A stretch of DNA of 64,000 nucleotides from an uncultured Desulfobacter sp. (GCA_963665095.1 OY762069.1:736001-800000), one strand, 5' to 3'; shown: positions 50,718 to 61,139, numbered from the stretch's first letter. The notes: a model not told the origin generated them from the letters alone. Numbers and translations: made by a program.

Positions 50718-50732
50718 AGCCGGGACCCTTTA

Positions 50733-51914
50733 TTACCTTTCCACCAGGGCTGATTTTTTATTATACCAGTTCATGAATGCCGAAGTTGACAGGCTGAAAA
50801 TCAGGTAGACCAGCATAATCAGCAACACCCCTTCAATGGCCTGGCCCGTCTGATTGATCGTGGTGCCGGCAACGGATACAAAATCAGGAAAACCGATGGC
50901 CACAGCCAGTGAGCTGTTTTTGGTCAGGTTCAGCATCTGGCTTGTCAGCGGTGGAATAATCACCCGCAAGGCCTGGGGCAGTATAACCAGGTTCAGCACC
51001 CTGGAAGGTTTCAGTCCGATGGCAATGGCAGCTTCTGTCTGGCCTTTTGGCACAGCCTGTATGCCGGCCCGGACAACCTCGGCCACAAAGGCGGCTGTAT
51101 AAAGGACAAGTCCTAAAAGAAGGGCGGAAAATTCAGGGCTGACAGCAACCCCGCCTTTAAAGTTAAACCCTTTGAGTGCCGGCAGGTTCATCTGGGTGGG
51201 ATGTCCGCCCAAAAGCCAGCATAAAAAGGGCATTCCCACGATCAGCCCGGTTGACACCCATAACACAGGAAAGGGTTGTCCAGTTTTGTTCTGGCGGTCT
51301 GTGGCCCATCGCTTGATGAAAAAGATGATGATAACAGCAACCACCAGTGCTCCAAACATGTACTTGTATACGGGGTGGGCCGCAGGAATGCCGAAAATAA
51401 GGCCCCTGTTGCACAGAAACAACCCGTTGAACGGGCTGAGTGCCCCCCGGGGGGAGGGGAGAATTTCGTAGAAGAAGGCATACCAGAAAAAGAGCTGAAG
51501 AAGCACCGGGATGTCCTGGAGAAGCTCAATATATATGGCGGCAACCCTGCTGATCAGCCAGTTTTTAGATAGCCGTGCCACGCCGATAACCGTCCCGAGA
51601 AGCACAGAGAGGACAATGCCGATAAACGACACAAGCAGGGTGTTTAAAAAACCTACAGCAAGTGCCCTGATATATTTGTCAGCAGCCGAATATGGTATCA
51701 GGGACTCTCCGATTTCAAAAGCGGCTTCTTTTTCCAGAAAGCCAAACCCCGTGGCAATGGACTGCCTTTCAAGGTTGGCCATGGTGTTTGAAACCAGGTA
51801 CCATGATATCAGGGCAAACATCAGGGCTGCGGTGATCTGGTAAATTATCGCCCTTTTGTCGGGGTCGTTCCAGATGGATATGGAAGCAGGTGTATTGTTC
51901 TGATCGTCAGTCAT
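50733..51914 (-). CDS. aapQ: Amino acid ABC transporter permease
   Basis: GFGFL, NTLLVS, AEVVRAGI, KNSSLAVAIG. Confidence 0.88.
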   Translation of the reverse strand: MTDDQNNTPASISIWNDPDKRAIIYQITAALMFALISWYLVSNTMANLERQSIATGFGFLEKEAAFEIGESLIPYSAADKYIRALAVGFLNTLLVSFIGIVLSVLLGTVIGVARLSKNWLISRVAAIYIELLQDIPVLLQLFFWYAFFYEILPSPRGALSPFNGLFLCNRGLIFGIPAAHPVYKYMFGALVVAVIIIFFIKRWATDRQNKTGQPFPVLWVSTGLIVGMPFLCWLLGGHPTQMNLPALKGFNFKGGVAVSPEFSALLLGLVLYTAAFVAEVVRAGIQAVPKGQTEAAIAIGLKPSRVLNLVILPQALRVIIPPLTSQMLNLTKNSSLAVAIGFPDFVSVAGTTINQTGQAIEGVLLIMLVYLIFSLSTSAFMNWYNKKSALVER

Positions 51915-51942
51915 TAAAGCATGTTACCCGTAAAAGTTTAGA

Positions 51943-51983
51943 TGGCCGCATGACCGCGCCAAATGGACGTGGCCATGCGGTTA
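51943..51983 (-). promoter_or_regulatory. Intercistronic hairpin between aapJ and aapQ
   Basis: CCGCATG...CATGCGG stem just after the binding-protein gene; position fits mRNA stabilisation or partial termination. Confidence 0.5.
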
Positions 51984-52000
51984 TTTACTCAAAAGAATGT

Positions 52001-53014
52001 CTATTTGAAAGGAGGAGAGTACATCAGGCCGCCGTCAGTCCACAGCGCATTCAGGCCTCTTTTAATCCCTAACGGGGTGTTCACGCCGACGTTTCTTTCA
52101 AATACTTCGCCGTAGTTCCCCACGGTTTTGATGATGTTGTATGCAAATTTTTCATCCAGCCCCAGTGCTTCTCCGTTACCCGGTGTAACACCAAGAAAGC
52201 GTTTGATTTTCGGGTTATCACTTTTCAGCATTTGATCCACATTCTTGGATGTGATTCCTAACTCTTCCGCGTTGATCAACGCCAGCATGGCGTAGTTGAC
52301 GATGTCTTTCCATTTGTTGTCGCCGTGTCTGACAGCAGGGGCCAGGGGCTCTTTGGAAATAATGGTGGGAAGAATTTCATAATCATCAGGGTTGGGTGCA
52401 ACGGATCTATTGCCGGCCAGCTGGGAGGCATCAGAGGTCAGCACGTCGCAGCGTCCGGCAAAAAAGGCTTTGTTCAGTTCTGCGGTATTTTCAATGACCA
52501 CCGGTTTCATGGTCATGCCGTTGGCGCGGAAATAGTCGGCGACATTTAACTCTGTGGTGGTTCCGGGAAGCACACAGACAGTTGCGCCGTCAAGCTCTTT
52601 GGCATCTTTGATTCCCAGCTTTTTGGGAACCAGAAATCCCTGGCCGTCATAGTAGTTGACCTGGACAAAATCCAGGCCAAGGGCGGTATCACGGCTCAGG
52701 GTCTGGGTGCAGTTTCTGTAAAGGACATCAATTTCGCCGGACTGCAGTGCGGTGAATCTGGTTTTTGCGGTCAACGGGGTGAATTTCAGTCTGTCTGGGG
52801 TGCCGAATACTGCTGCAGAAAGTGCTCTTGCACAGTCCACATCCAGACCTTTCCAGACCCCTTTGTCATCGGGCTTGCCAAATCCGAAGAGATCACCATT
52901 TATGCCAATCTGGATATATCCCTTGGCTTTAACATCTTCCAGGGTTCCTGCAAAGGCCGATGCGCTCATGGCGGTGGCAAATAAGCAAACTATTAGCATT
53001 TTAAACAATTTCAT
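52001..53014 (-). CDS. aapJ: General L-amino acid ABC transporter substrate-binding protein
   Basis: Signal peptide; RFTALQSGEID, YDGQGF, ISKEPL, VGNYGE.FERN. Confidence 0.9.
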   Translation of the reverse strand: MKLFKMLIVCLFATAMSASAFAGTLEDVKAKGYIQIGINGDLFGFGKPDDKGVWKGLDVDCARALSAAVFGTPDRLKFTPLTAKTRFTALQSGEIDVLYRNCTQTLSRDTALGLDFVQVNYYDGQGFLVPKKLGIKDAKELDGATVCVLPGTTTELNVADYFRANGMTMKPVVIENTAELNKAFFAGRCDVLTSDASQLAGNRSVAPNPDDYEILPTIISKEPLAPAVRHGDNKWKDIVNYAMLALINAEELGITSKNVDQMLKSDNPKIKRFLGVTPGNGEALGLDEKFAYNIIKTVGNYGEVFERNVGVNTPLGIKRGLNALWTDGGLMYSPPFK

Positions 53015-53305
53015 AAACGACTCCCTCCTAAAAAATTAAAGTTGTGACATCAATTAAAAGAATTTGAAACCTCTGCCACTATTAGCATATGGGCACAAAT
53101 TTTCAAGCTCTTTCTGGGATGGCTTGAATTTTCCAGATTAAAATTCCGGTTTTCAAAATTTATTTTCATATTTGTTATAAATCGTAATGCAGGATTTGGT
53201 AAAATTTATGTAAATCTTTTCAAAAGCATTTGCCTGGCGGCTTTAAACAAAGTATTTCGGGAGCAAACTGTTTAACAACTTCTGTTTAACATAGGGACAA
53301 AAAAA

Positions 53306-53965
53306 ATGTGTGCGTGTAATAAAGTCTTGAGGGAACCTGTCAACGCCATCTCACACGGGGCCGGTGCTTTAGGGGCTGTTGCCGCACTGACCCTGATGGT
53401 GGTATATGCTGTCCTGCGTGCCGAAGTCTGGCATGTGGTGGCTTTTTCCATTTTTGGGGGCACCCTGATTCTGATGTATACCTCGAGCTGCCTCTACCAT
53501 GCATTAAAGATTTCCGACGGTGCTTTACTGGTGTTTCGTCGCATTGATCATATCATGATTTTTGTGGTCATTGCCGGTTCTTATACGCCCTTGTGTCTGG
53601 TTCCCCTGCGTGGCCCTTGGGGCTGGAGTCTTCTCGGGGCCGTGTGGGGTATTGCCGTGGCCGGTGTTTTTATCAAAATTTTCTGGATGGGGGCGCCAAG
53701 GTGGATATCTACCATGATTTACCTTATTATGGGCTGGCTGTGCCTTGTTGCCGCGTATCCTCTGGTGAAGAACCTTGAGGCAAAAGCATTGTTCTGGCTG
53801 ACAACCGGCGGCCTAATGTATACGGTGGGTGCTCTATTTTACGCCTTGAAAAAACCCAATCCTTTTCCCGGGCTTCTGGGGTTTCATGAAATATGGCACG
53901 GGTTTGTTATTTTGGGCAGTGCATCCCATGTCTGGCTTTCGTTTAAATATCTGATGTATATTTAA
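53306..53965 (+). CDS. Hemolysin III/PAQR family membrane protein
   Basis: E..N..SH, SS.LYH, DH..IF..IAGSYTP, HEIWH. Confidence 0.9.
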   Translation: MCACNKVLREPVNAISHGAGALGAVAALTLMVVYAVLRAEVWHVVAFSIFGGTLILMYTSSCLYHALKISDGALLVFRRIDHIMIFVVIAGSYTPLCLVPLRGPWGWSLLGAVWGIAVAGVFIKIFWMGAPRWISTMIYLIMGWLCLVAAYPLVKNLEAKALFWLTTGGLMYTVGALFYALKKPNPFPGLLGFHEIWHGFVILGSASHVWLSFKYLMYI

Positions 53966-54147
53966 ATGCCCTGCTGCACGACAGCCAAATACCTTTGATT
54001 TTTAAAGCTGATTTACCGCTCAGCGTGTTTATCTGAGAGCACCGGCTGGCTTGCCATTTTAAAAAAAATCTGACACACTTTCCATTCACTAACAATATGA
54101 CTGGTGTTTTCATCTTTTATGTTTACTTTGTTTTTCAGGAGCATTTT

Positions 54148-54702
54148 GTGAAAGTATATAATAAGGAAAGAGTAACTGACTACCCCCACTTAAACCTGAT
54201 CTGTGCCCGGTATACAGACAGAGCCGGCAAGGATAAGGCCTGGATGTATGCCTCCAGACAAAACCCGGGAAGACCTGATGCCGTGGTGGTGGTCCCTTTT
54301 CATAAACAGTTGAACCGGCTCGTGCTTATTAAGGAGTTCCGGGTGCCCCTGGAGGGTTTTCAATACGGTTTCCCCGCAGGGCTTGTGGATCCTGGTGAAA
54401 GCGTGGAACAGGCTGGTGAAAGAGAACTTTTTGAAGAAACCGGTCTTACTGTGGTTAATATAATAAAAAAAAGTCCACCTGTATTCTCTTCATCCGGGAT
54501 GACCGATGAAAGCGTCTCTTTGTTGTATGTGGAATGCGACGGCAGGCCGGATACCGGTCATAATGAAGCATCCGAGCTCATCGAGGTGAAGATGATGACC
54601 CGGCAGGAGGCGGCTGCCAGCATAAATACGGAAGGGTTGCTGTTTGACGTAAAAACATGGGTGGTCCTGGATAGATTTGCTGCCACCGGCCAGGTGACCT
54701 AA
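54148..54702 (+). CDS. NUDIX hydrolase (ADP-ribose pyrophosphatase-like)
   Basis: FPAGLVDPGE...RELFEETG Nudix box, SSGMTDE; AGGAG before GTG 54148 (ORF track starts 54097). Confidence 0.88.
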   Translation: MKVYNKERVTDYPHLNLICARYTDRAGKDKAWMYASRQNPGRPDAVVVVPFHKQLNRLVLIKEFRVPLEGFQYGFPAGLVDPGESVEQAGERELFEETGLTVVNIIKKSPPVFSSSGMTDESVSLLYVECDGRPDTGHNEASELIEVKMMTRQEAAASINTEGLLFDVKTWVVLDRFAATGQVT

Positions 54703-54713
54703 GGGTATAGTGC

Positions 54714-56561
54714 ATGTTTTCAAATTTCATATATTTTCTGACGGCCCTGGTAATTTATGCCACCTCGGAACTGTTCGACAAGCCAGCGCAATTCTCTTTG
54801 TCTGTCATTGGGCTGTTTCTTGCCAACACCGTTGCTTTTGCTCTGGTCTGCCGGGTTTATTTTCGGCATCTGGCCGCTCAGGCCTTCCACACCAGGGCGG
54901 CAAGCCTTGATCTGCGTTTAAACAATGCGGTTTCCCGTCTCTCCATCCTGGCTCTGATACTTTTTGCGATCAATATTTATGGTCTCAGACTGAATGGTCT
55001 GTTGCTGGACTTTCCTTTGTTTCAATGGATGCCAACCCTTGGGGCGCTGATATTTATGGGATTGTTTCTGCTTTATCTGGTTTTGATCTGGAATGAGGCA
55101 TTTGAGGTGCAGAAACGACTTTTTACCGGAGATGTAGTAACCCGTAATAATTTCATTTTTTCAAATATTGCATTCTGTCTGCCGGCTCTGCTGCCCTGGT
55201 GCTGCCTCTCCCTGCTGGCTGATGTTTTAGCTCTTCTTCCCTTTGAGGGCGTGAACCGTTTTTTCAATTCCACTGCCGGCGAAGCGGTATATATTTTTGT
55301 TTTTGTGATTGCAGTTGCTGTGTTCGGCCCGGTATTTATTCATCGTCTGTGGCGATGCCGCCCCCTGGAACCTGGTTTTAACAGACACCGTATAGAAAGG
55401 GTCTGCGCCATGGCCGGCCTGAAATACAAAAATATCCTGAAATGGGAGTTATTCGGTGGTGGTATGATAACTGCCGGTGTCATGGGGCTTGTGGGAAAGT
55501 TTAGATATATTCTGGTGACTCCGGCACTTTTGACCGCCCTGGATGACGATGAAATCGAAGGGGTTATTCTGCATGAGATTGGCCATGTCCATAATCATCA
55601 CATGCTTTTTTACCTGTTTTTCTTTGCTGGATTTATTGCCTGTAATTTTGTGTTTTTTGACCCATTAATGCTTGTGATTTATCTGATTCGTCCTCTGTAT
55701 GACGGGGCTGAATTTTTAGGGGTCAGCCAGACATCTGCCCATGCTGCTGCAACCTGTATTGTTCTTATCGGTTTGTTTGTCTGTTATTTCAGATATATTT
55801 TCGGGTATTTTATGCGTCATTTTGAACGTCAGGCGGACCTGCACATATTTAAGTATCAGAAAACGCCGTCCGCTCTGATTTCCACCTTTTATAAAATTGC
55901 TTCTTTGAGTCGGCAGTCCATTGACAAGCCAAACTGGCACCACTTCAGTATTGGCCAGCGCATCCGGTTTCTGGAAAGCTGCAGGACGAGCCCGGGCCTG
56001 ATCCATGCACACCACAAAAAGGTAAAAAGGATGGTGGCGGGCTATATTCTCGGTATCGGGTTACTTTTTATTTTGGGTTACAGTATCAGCTACGGAAGTC
56101 TTGAAAAACCTTTTTCCAGGTATGCAGCCGGCAAAATTCTGACCCGCCAGCTGGCTCTGGATCCTGATAACTCTGATTTATATGTTCAGGTGGGTGATTA
56201 TTATTATGATGCACAACAATATATAAAAGCAAAAGTGGCGTATGAGAATGTTATAAAAATTGATCCTGGTAATGTACATGCCCTGAATAACCTTGCCTGG
56301 CTTCTGGCTACCTGTCCCAGACAGGAGCTGCAGGATCCTGTCAGATCCCTGAGTCTGGCTAAACAGGCGGTGGCCATCGATGCTGCGCCACATATTTTGG
56401 ATACCTATGCTGAGGCCCTGTTTGCGAATGATTTCAGGAAAGAGGCATTGGATACCGCCAGGCAGGCATTTCAAAAGGCAAAAGAAAAAAAGCAGTATTA
56501 TTCAGATCAAGTGGGGCGGTTTGAAAAGGCGTTACAAAAATATATGCCGGGCAGATTCTGA
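54714..56561 (+). CDS. M48 peptidase with C-terminal TPR repeats
   Basis: HEIGH, FERQAD, ALNNLAWLLAT, ILDTYAEA. Confidence 0.88.
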   Translation: MFSNFIYFLTALVIYATSELFDKPAQFSLSVIGLFLANTVAFALVCRVYFRHLAAQAFHTRAASLDLRLNNAVSRLSILALILFAINIYGLRLNGLLLDFPLFQWMPTLGALIFMGLFLLYLVLIWNEAFEVQKRLFTGDVVTRNNFIFSNIAFCLPALLPWCCLSLLADVLALLPFEGVNRFFNSTAGEAVYIFVFVIAVAVFGPVFIHRLWRCRPLEPGFNRHRIERVCAMAGLKYKNILKWELFGGGMITAGVMGLVGKFRYILVTPALLTALDDDEIEGVILHEIGHVHNHHMLFYLFFFAGFIACNFVFFDPLMLVIYLIRPLYDGAEFLGVSQTSAHAAATCIVLIGLFVCYFRYIFGYFMRHFERQADLHIFKYQKTPSALISTFYKIASLSRQSIDKPNWHHFSIGQRIRFLESCRTSPGLIHAHHKKVKRMVAGYILGIGLLFILGYSISYGSLEKPFSRYAAGKILTRQLALDPDNSDLYVQVGDYYYDAQQYIKAKVAYENVIKIDPGNVHALNNLAWLLATCPRQELQDPVRSLSLAKQAVAIDAAPHILDTYAEALFANDFRKEALDTARQAFQKAKEKKQYYSDQVGRFEKALQKYMPGRF

Positions 56562-56592
56562 GTATTCATAGTAGATCCTGAGTATTCATAGT
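56553..56592. repeat. 20-bp tandem duplication across the stop codon
   Basis: agattctgagtattcatagt / agatcctgagtattcatagt (19/20). Confidence 0.85.
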
Positions 56593-56745
56593 ATTGATGC
56601 CGGAATTGCAGGAGGGAAGGTTCGTGTTTGGCCGGAAGAAATAGGCTTATCTGAAAACGAATTTGTCCGGGGGAATCTTCTGAGATTTGATGAAGCCCCC
56701 GGTCAATATAACAATATCAAAGTTGGGATAATGCCGGCAATGCAG

Positions 56746-57171
56746 CTATGATGTGTGTGACACCCTGTACTCTTGAAGGCCTAAATGCATGGTCTTGACT
56801 GCCAGCTGAATGCAATGGTGCTTTTTTTCCGGTATACTTTCAAGAACAGTGAAAACATCACCGTCATCAATCTCCAGGGCCTGATTTATGGTTTTGCCTT
56901 TTACCAGATCCACTGTGGCCATGGCTGCGGAAATCGCCCCTGCGCAGCCGGTGATCTCGTATTTGGCATCCTGAATAACCTGGTCTTCATCAACCTTCAG
57001 ATAGATTTTCATTGTGTCTCCGCAGGAACCTATCTTACAAGAAATCTGGTCTGCATTTTCAATGGAGCCCATATATTTTTTCCCAAGATAGTATTCAATT
57101 GCAGGTTTTCCGTAACCAGCATCTGAAAGCATCTTACGCTCTGAATCCTGTATTGTAATTTCAGTCACCAC
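56746..57171 (-). CDS. IscU/NifU-N-like Fe-S scaffold protein
   Basis: GSCGD, GCAGA, HHC: three conserved Cys. Confidence 0.85.
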   Translation of the reverse strand: MVTEITIQDSERKMLSDAGYGKPAIEYYLGKKYMGSIENADQISCKIGSCGDTMKIYLKVDEDQVIQDAKYEITGCAGAISAAMATVDLVKGKTINQALEIDDGDVFTVLESIPEKKHHCIQLAVKTMHLGLQEYRVSHTS

Positions 57172-57682
57172 TTCATGTATCCTTATATTATACTTTTGCC
57201 AAAACCAAATATTTTACCGGGCAGCAGGATCTCTCTCCTTAAGCTTAAGCACGGCTCATTAATATAATAACCCTCCTAAAATAATGAATTCCATTTTTAT
57301 GTCAAGGAAAATGAAAGAAAGATTTATACCGGCTCGGCTCCTTTGGGTGCCAGTTTTTTGTTACAGCCCTGAATTATGGTGTTATCCAGGACCTGGTTTA
57401 ATAAAAAAATCGTTGTTATCGTGTCTTTTTCTCCGTGATTGAGTTTGCGATACCGCCTGAATTAAAAGCGACTTAAGTCTGTTTCTGTATTTTTTTTAGG
57501 AAATTATCCATGTGTTGCAAATAGGGCTTGTGATTATAGCCGGTTATGGTATCCTGTTAGGACTTAATCCAATTAGTCAACCCAATAGCGGTTAAATATT
57601 GTAGCTCTATAGTTTAAAGGCTGTATAAAGCTGTAGCTTAACTTATGTTATTCATTGTCATTTTGGCTAAAGGAGATCAGGA

Positions 57683-57913
57683 ATGAAAGAGTTGATCAAG
57701 CTTATGGCAGAGGCACTGGTTGATGCCCCTGAACAGGTTGACGTTCAAGAAATTAAAGCCCAGCAGACACTCGTATTGGAATTACGCGTGGCCAAAGAGG
57801 ATTTGGGGAAAGTAATCGGAAGAAAGGGGCGAACTGCCCAGGCTATGCGAACGATTTTAGCCTGTGCATCGGCAAAAGAGCAGAAGCGGGTTATCCTGGA
57901 AATCGTCGAATAA
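57683..57913 (+). CDS. khpA: KH-domain RNA-binding protein KhpA-like
   Basis: LVD.PE.V, DLGKVIGRKGRTA.AMR; AAGGAG RBS. Confidence 0.9.
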   Translation: MKELIKLMAEALVDAPEQVDVQEIKAQQTLVLELRVAKEDLGKVIGRKGRTAQAMRTILACASAKEQKRVILEIVE

Positions 57914-57962
57914 CTTGTTGCCAAAGAAAATTTTAGTTTTTTCACTGGATTAACAATACCGA

Positions 57963-57992
57963 AATGACAAACATTTTCTGGTGTTTGTCATT
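57963..57992. repeat. 11-bp inverted repeat downstream of khpA
   Basis: AATGACAAACA-N8-TGTTTGTCATT. Confidence 0.6.
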
Positions 57993-58248
57993 GTCAGTTA
58001 CGGTCTGATTATCGTCGCTTCAAGGTTTTGGATGCGTTTTTAAAATTCGGGGAATAAACAGGAAGTTGAAAATAATTGCATTTTCAGTTTAACTGAAAAG
58101 GGGGCAAATTGCTCTCCAAGTGTGAAATTATTCCTGTCTTGTCATGCATTTAGCCTGAGAATTTTAGAATTAGGCTGCCTTATGTTGATTTCGGGATAAA
58201 ACTTATATCCTGGAATCACGTTTTGTGCTATGGATAGAGCCTTAAGAA

Positions 58249-58295
58249 TTTTAACTTCCTGCTACATATTTTATTTTTAACTTCCTGCTACATAT
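58249..58295. repeat. 21-bp perfect direct repeat, 26-bp period
   Basis: TTTTAACTTCCTGCTACATAT at 58249 and 58275. Confidence 0.85.
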
Positions 58296-58314
58296 AATGA
58301 AGGGGATAACGCTG

Positions 58315-59481
58315 ATGGAAAAGATAAAAAAAATTGTCTGTTCAACCCTGATTCTATTTTTTGTGTTTGCCTTTACGTCAGTCATGGCAGCTGACAAAGG
58401 CAATTTCAGCACCAAACCGATGACAAACAACGGGAAAAAATGGCGAATCGGTTATTTTGAAGGCGGCGAATATATAAACTATCAGCTCAACTTTTTAGGA
58501 ATAGTAAGGGGGCTGATGGATATGGGGTGGATGGAGCAAGTGAAACTTCCCCCTCAGTCTGGCGAACAGACCGCAGATTTATGGAAGTGGCTTGTGGCCA
58601 ATACCAAAAGCCAATACATAGAATTTGTAAAAGACGGTCACTATACCGGGAACTGGGATAAGGCTCTGCTGGAGAAAATGGTGCCTGAAATTATTTCTCG
58701 GCTGAATAATATAAAAGACATTGACCTGATTATTGCTGCAGGCACCAAGGCCGGCTTAAAGCTTGCCACCAACGACCACCATGTGCCGACGCTTGTTATT
58801 TCTACCACAGACCCGCTGGCTGCCGGGATTATTAAAAGTGTGGAAGATTCAGGGTTTGATCATGTGCATGCACGGGTAGATCCCTATCGCCATGAACGTC
58901 AGATCAGCCTTTTTCACGATATCATCGGGTTTGATAAACTTGGTGTTGCCTATCAGGATACTGAACAGGGTCGCAGTTACGCAGCTCTTGACAGCGTTAA
59001 AAAGGTGGCAGATGAGCGTGGTTTTGAGATTGTTCCCTGTTTCACAACAGATGAAAGTGCAGATGTGAAAAAGGATCAGGAAAGTGTAAAAAAATGCTTT
59101 GAGACTTTAGGCAAAACCTCCCAGGCCATCTATGTCACCACTCAGAATGGCGTGAGCGCTGACAGTATCCCTGAACTTGTGAAAATCGCTAATAAATACC
59201 GGATTCCCACATTTACCCAGTCTCATTCAGAACAGGTGAAATACGGATTTTTGATGAGTATCTCCCGGGCTAATTTTCAGTATGTAGGGCGCTTTTATGC
59301 CGATACCATAGCCAAGATATTTAATGGCGCCAAACCCAGGGATATAGGCCAGTTGTTTGAAGATCCGCCAAAAATTGCCATTAACTTAAAAACTGCGGAG
59401 CTGATCGGTTATGATCCGCCAGTGGATGTTTTGAGTGCTGCAGATGAAATTTTTGAGGAAATTGAAACGCCTAAAAAATAG
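58315..59481 (+). CDS. ABC-type substrate-binding protein (ABC_sub_bind-like), orphan
   Basis: Signal peptide; GT.AG, TDP..AGII, IAINLKTAELIG C-terminal motif; start 58297 or 58315. Confidence 0.8.
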   Translation: MEKIKKIVCSTLILFFVFAFTSVMAADKGNFSTKPMTNNGKKWRIGYFEGGEYINYQLNFLGIVRGLMDMGWMEQVKLPPQSGEQTADLWKWLVANTKSQYIEFVKDGHYTGNWDKALLEKMVPEIISRLNNIKDIDLIIAAGTKAGLKLATNDHHVPTLVISTTDPLAAGIIKSVEDSGFDHVHARVDPYRHERQISLFHDIIGFDKLGVAYQDTEQGRSYAALDSVKKVADERGFEIVPCFTTDESADVKKDQESVKKCFETLGKTSQAIYVTTQNGVSADSIPELVKIANKYRIPTFTQSHSEQVKYGFLMSISRANFQYVGRFYADTIAKIFNGAKPRDIGQLFEDPPKIAINLKTAELIGYDPPVDVLSAADEIFEEIETPKK

Positions 59482-59536
59482 TTCTGAACCCTTAATAAAA
59501 AAACTATTGAACTGCCCCGGATCACTGGGCAGACAA

Positions 59537-59560
59537 AAGGCCCGGGTAACACCGGGCCTT
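59537..59560. terminator. Hairpin/terminator between convergent genes
   Basis: aaggcccgg-gtaaca-ccgggcctt. Confidence 0.6.
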
Positions 59561-59567
59561 AATTATT

Positions 59568-61139
59568 TCAAGCTGGCCGGCACAGGACCACGTGGTTTGA
59601 CAATGTATTATAACATGCCCGGGCCACCTTCGACTGCCAGTCCGATGTTTTGGTAAGATCTGCATCAGCATCCTTCAAGGCACCAAAAAGCCCTGCCATG
59701 TGGGCCTGCTTAACTGTCAGGTCCAGGGCCTGAATCAAATTGGCCCTGGTAATGCCGCCGGACTGGATAATTTCAAGGGGGCCCGCAGGGATCAGTTCCT
59801 GCCCCTGGCCGGGAATCATACACGCCAGCATGCCGTCCTGGTAAAGGTTGGTGGTAATTGAGTTGATCATCCCGGCACTGTAGCTATCATCAAACGCCTG
59901 TAAGGTCTGTGATATAATGTTTTTCATCCAGGTGAGATAGCCCCCCTGAAAAACCCCTCCCACACAAGTCAGCCCTCTGGCAAAACAGAGCACCAGAAAG
60001 CAGGTAAAAAGAGAGGGCAGAAGTTTGCGTGTCTCAAGTGCCAGGCAAAGCTCTTCCCGGGTGAAGGCCACGTCATAACCGTTGCCACTGTCGGTTCTCC
60101 CGCAAAGATGAAGACAGCCTTTAACCGGTTTTAAAAAAAGGGGGATGCGCCGGCCATCTCTGTCAATGCCCCAGAAGAAAATTGTTCCCGTACTGCCGGT
60201 CGGCGGTTTTCCCGTGGCAGTATCTCTGGCCGCAAGTTTTTCAACAAGCCAGCATCCAGGGCATCCGTCCAGTCCTTTGATAATTTTGTTACAAAAATCA
60301 GAATTGAAAAAAGCCCTGTGTACAAGGGTTGCTTCATCTGCCAGGTCTTTCATAACCAGGCAGGCAGCGATCTGCTCAATTTCCAGATAAACCAGGTCCG
60401 CAGGTGCGGAACCGGTCTTAACAAGGTATTTTCCAATCATTTGATTGGCAGCAGTGGCCTGGGCTGCATAGCTGGTTTGGTGTAAAACATGATCGCTGCA
60501 GTATACCTGGTCCAGAAGCGTGATGATTGTTTCTGCCACGGGCCTGGATATCAGTTTCTGCGTGTGCCAGCTGTTTGCTGTTTTTATGGTTTTTTGAACC
60601 ATCTCCCGGGTAAAAGGCTTTGCCAGACTTGCCATGGTCCGTTTCTGGCTGTCTGCATATATTGGCAGTCTTAAGGGAAGATTGCGGGCCTGATTTTTTC
60701 CTGTTCCGTATACCAGAAGGCCCCTTGCAAAGGTGGAACTGTTCAGTGGGACATTACCAAAGGAGAGAATGGGAATAGTGGATCTTTTCAACCGGCCTGT
60801 CAGAACCCCGGACCCATAGATCAGGTTGCCCTGCACTGAGTTGGCAAAAAAATCAATGCCAAGGTGGGTGGTGGTCATCACAGTGCCTGATGCTGAAAGA
60901 TCCTCAGCTGTCCGGGCCGCTGTCTCCCTGCCTAGAACCGGGCTGACCTGTGTCATTACTGCCTGTTTGATGTCATCCCGTGATTGAATGCCAGGGAAGG
61001 GCGGCTGATCAAAGCACTTGACGTAATCGGCAAGGGGAAGATGCCCGCATGTGTCAAGAATTTTACCCACCACCGGGAGCCTGTCCACAACGATATTAAG
61101 ATAGTCAGCTGCATGATTAAAAGCTGGTGCATTCATCAT
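59568..61139 (-). CDS. Hypothetical protein, 523 aa, soluble
   Basis: Long ORF starting 8 nt after the MFS stop; enzyme-like motifs THLGIDFF, GNVPLN, FFWG, GGVFQGGY. Confidence 0.8.
   Translation of the reverse strand: MMNAPAFNHAADYLNIVVDRLPVVGKILDTCGHLPLADYVKCFDQPPFPGIQSRDDIKQAVMTQVSPVLGRETAARTAEDLSASGTVMTTTHLGIDFFANSVQGNLIYGSGVLTGRLKRSTIPILSFGNVPLNSSTFARGLLVYGTGKNQARNLPLRLPIYADSQKRTMASLAKPFTREMVQKTIKTANSWHTQKLISRPVAETIITLLDQVYCSDHVLHQTSYAAQATAANQMIGKYLVKTGSAPADLVYLEIEQIAACLVMKDLADEATLVHRAFFNSDFCNKIIKGLDGCPGCWLVEKLAARDTATGKPPTGSTGTIFFWGIDRDGRRIPLFLKPVKGCLHLCGRTDSGNGYDVAFTREELCLALETRKLLPSLFTCFLVLCFARGLTCVGGVFQGGYLTWMKNIISQTLQAFDDSYSAGMINSITTNLYQDGMLACMIPGQGQELIPAGPLEIIQSGGITRANLIQALDLTVKQAHMAGLFGALKDADADLTKTSDWQSKVARACYNTLSNHVVLCRPA

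Noticed and set aside
58249..58295. Direct repeats as a mini-CRISPR
   Set aside because: Only two copies, 5-nt spacer, no cas genes
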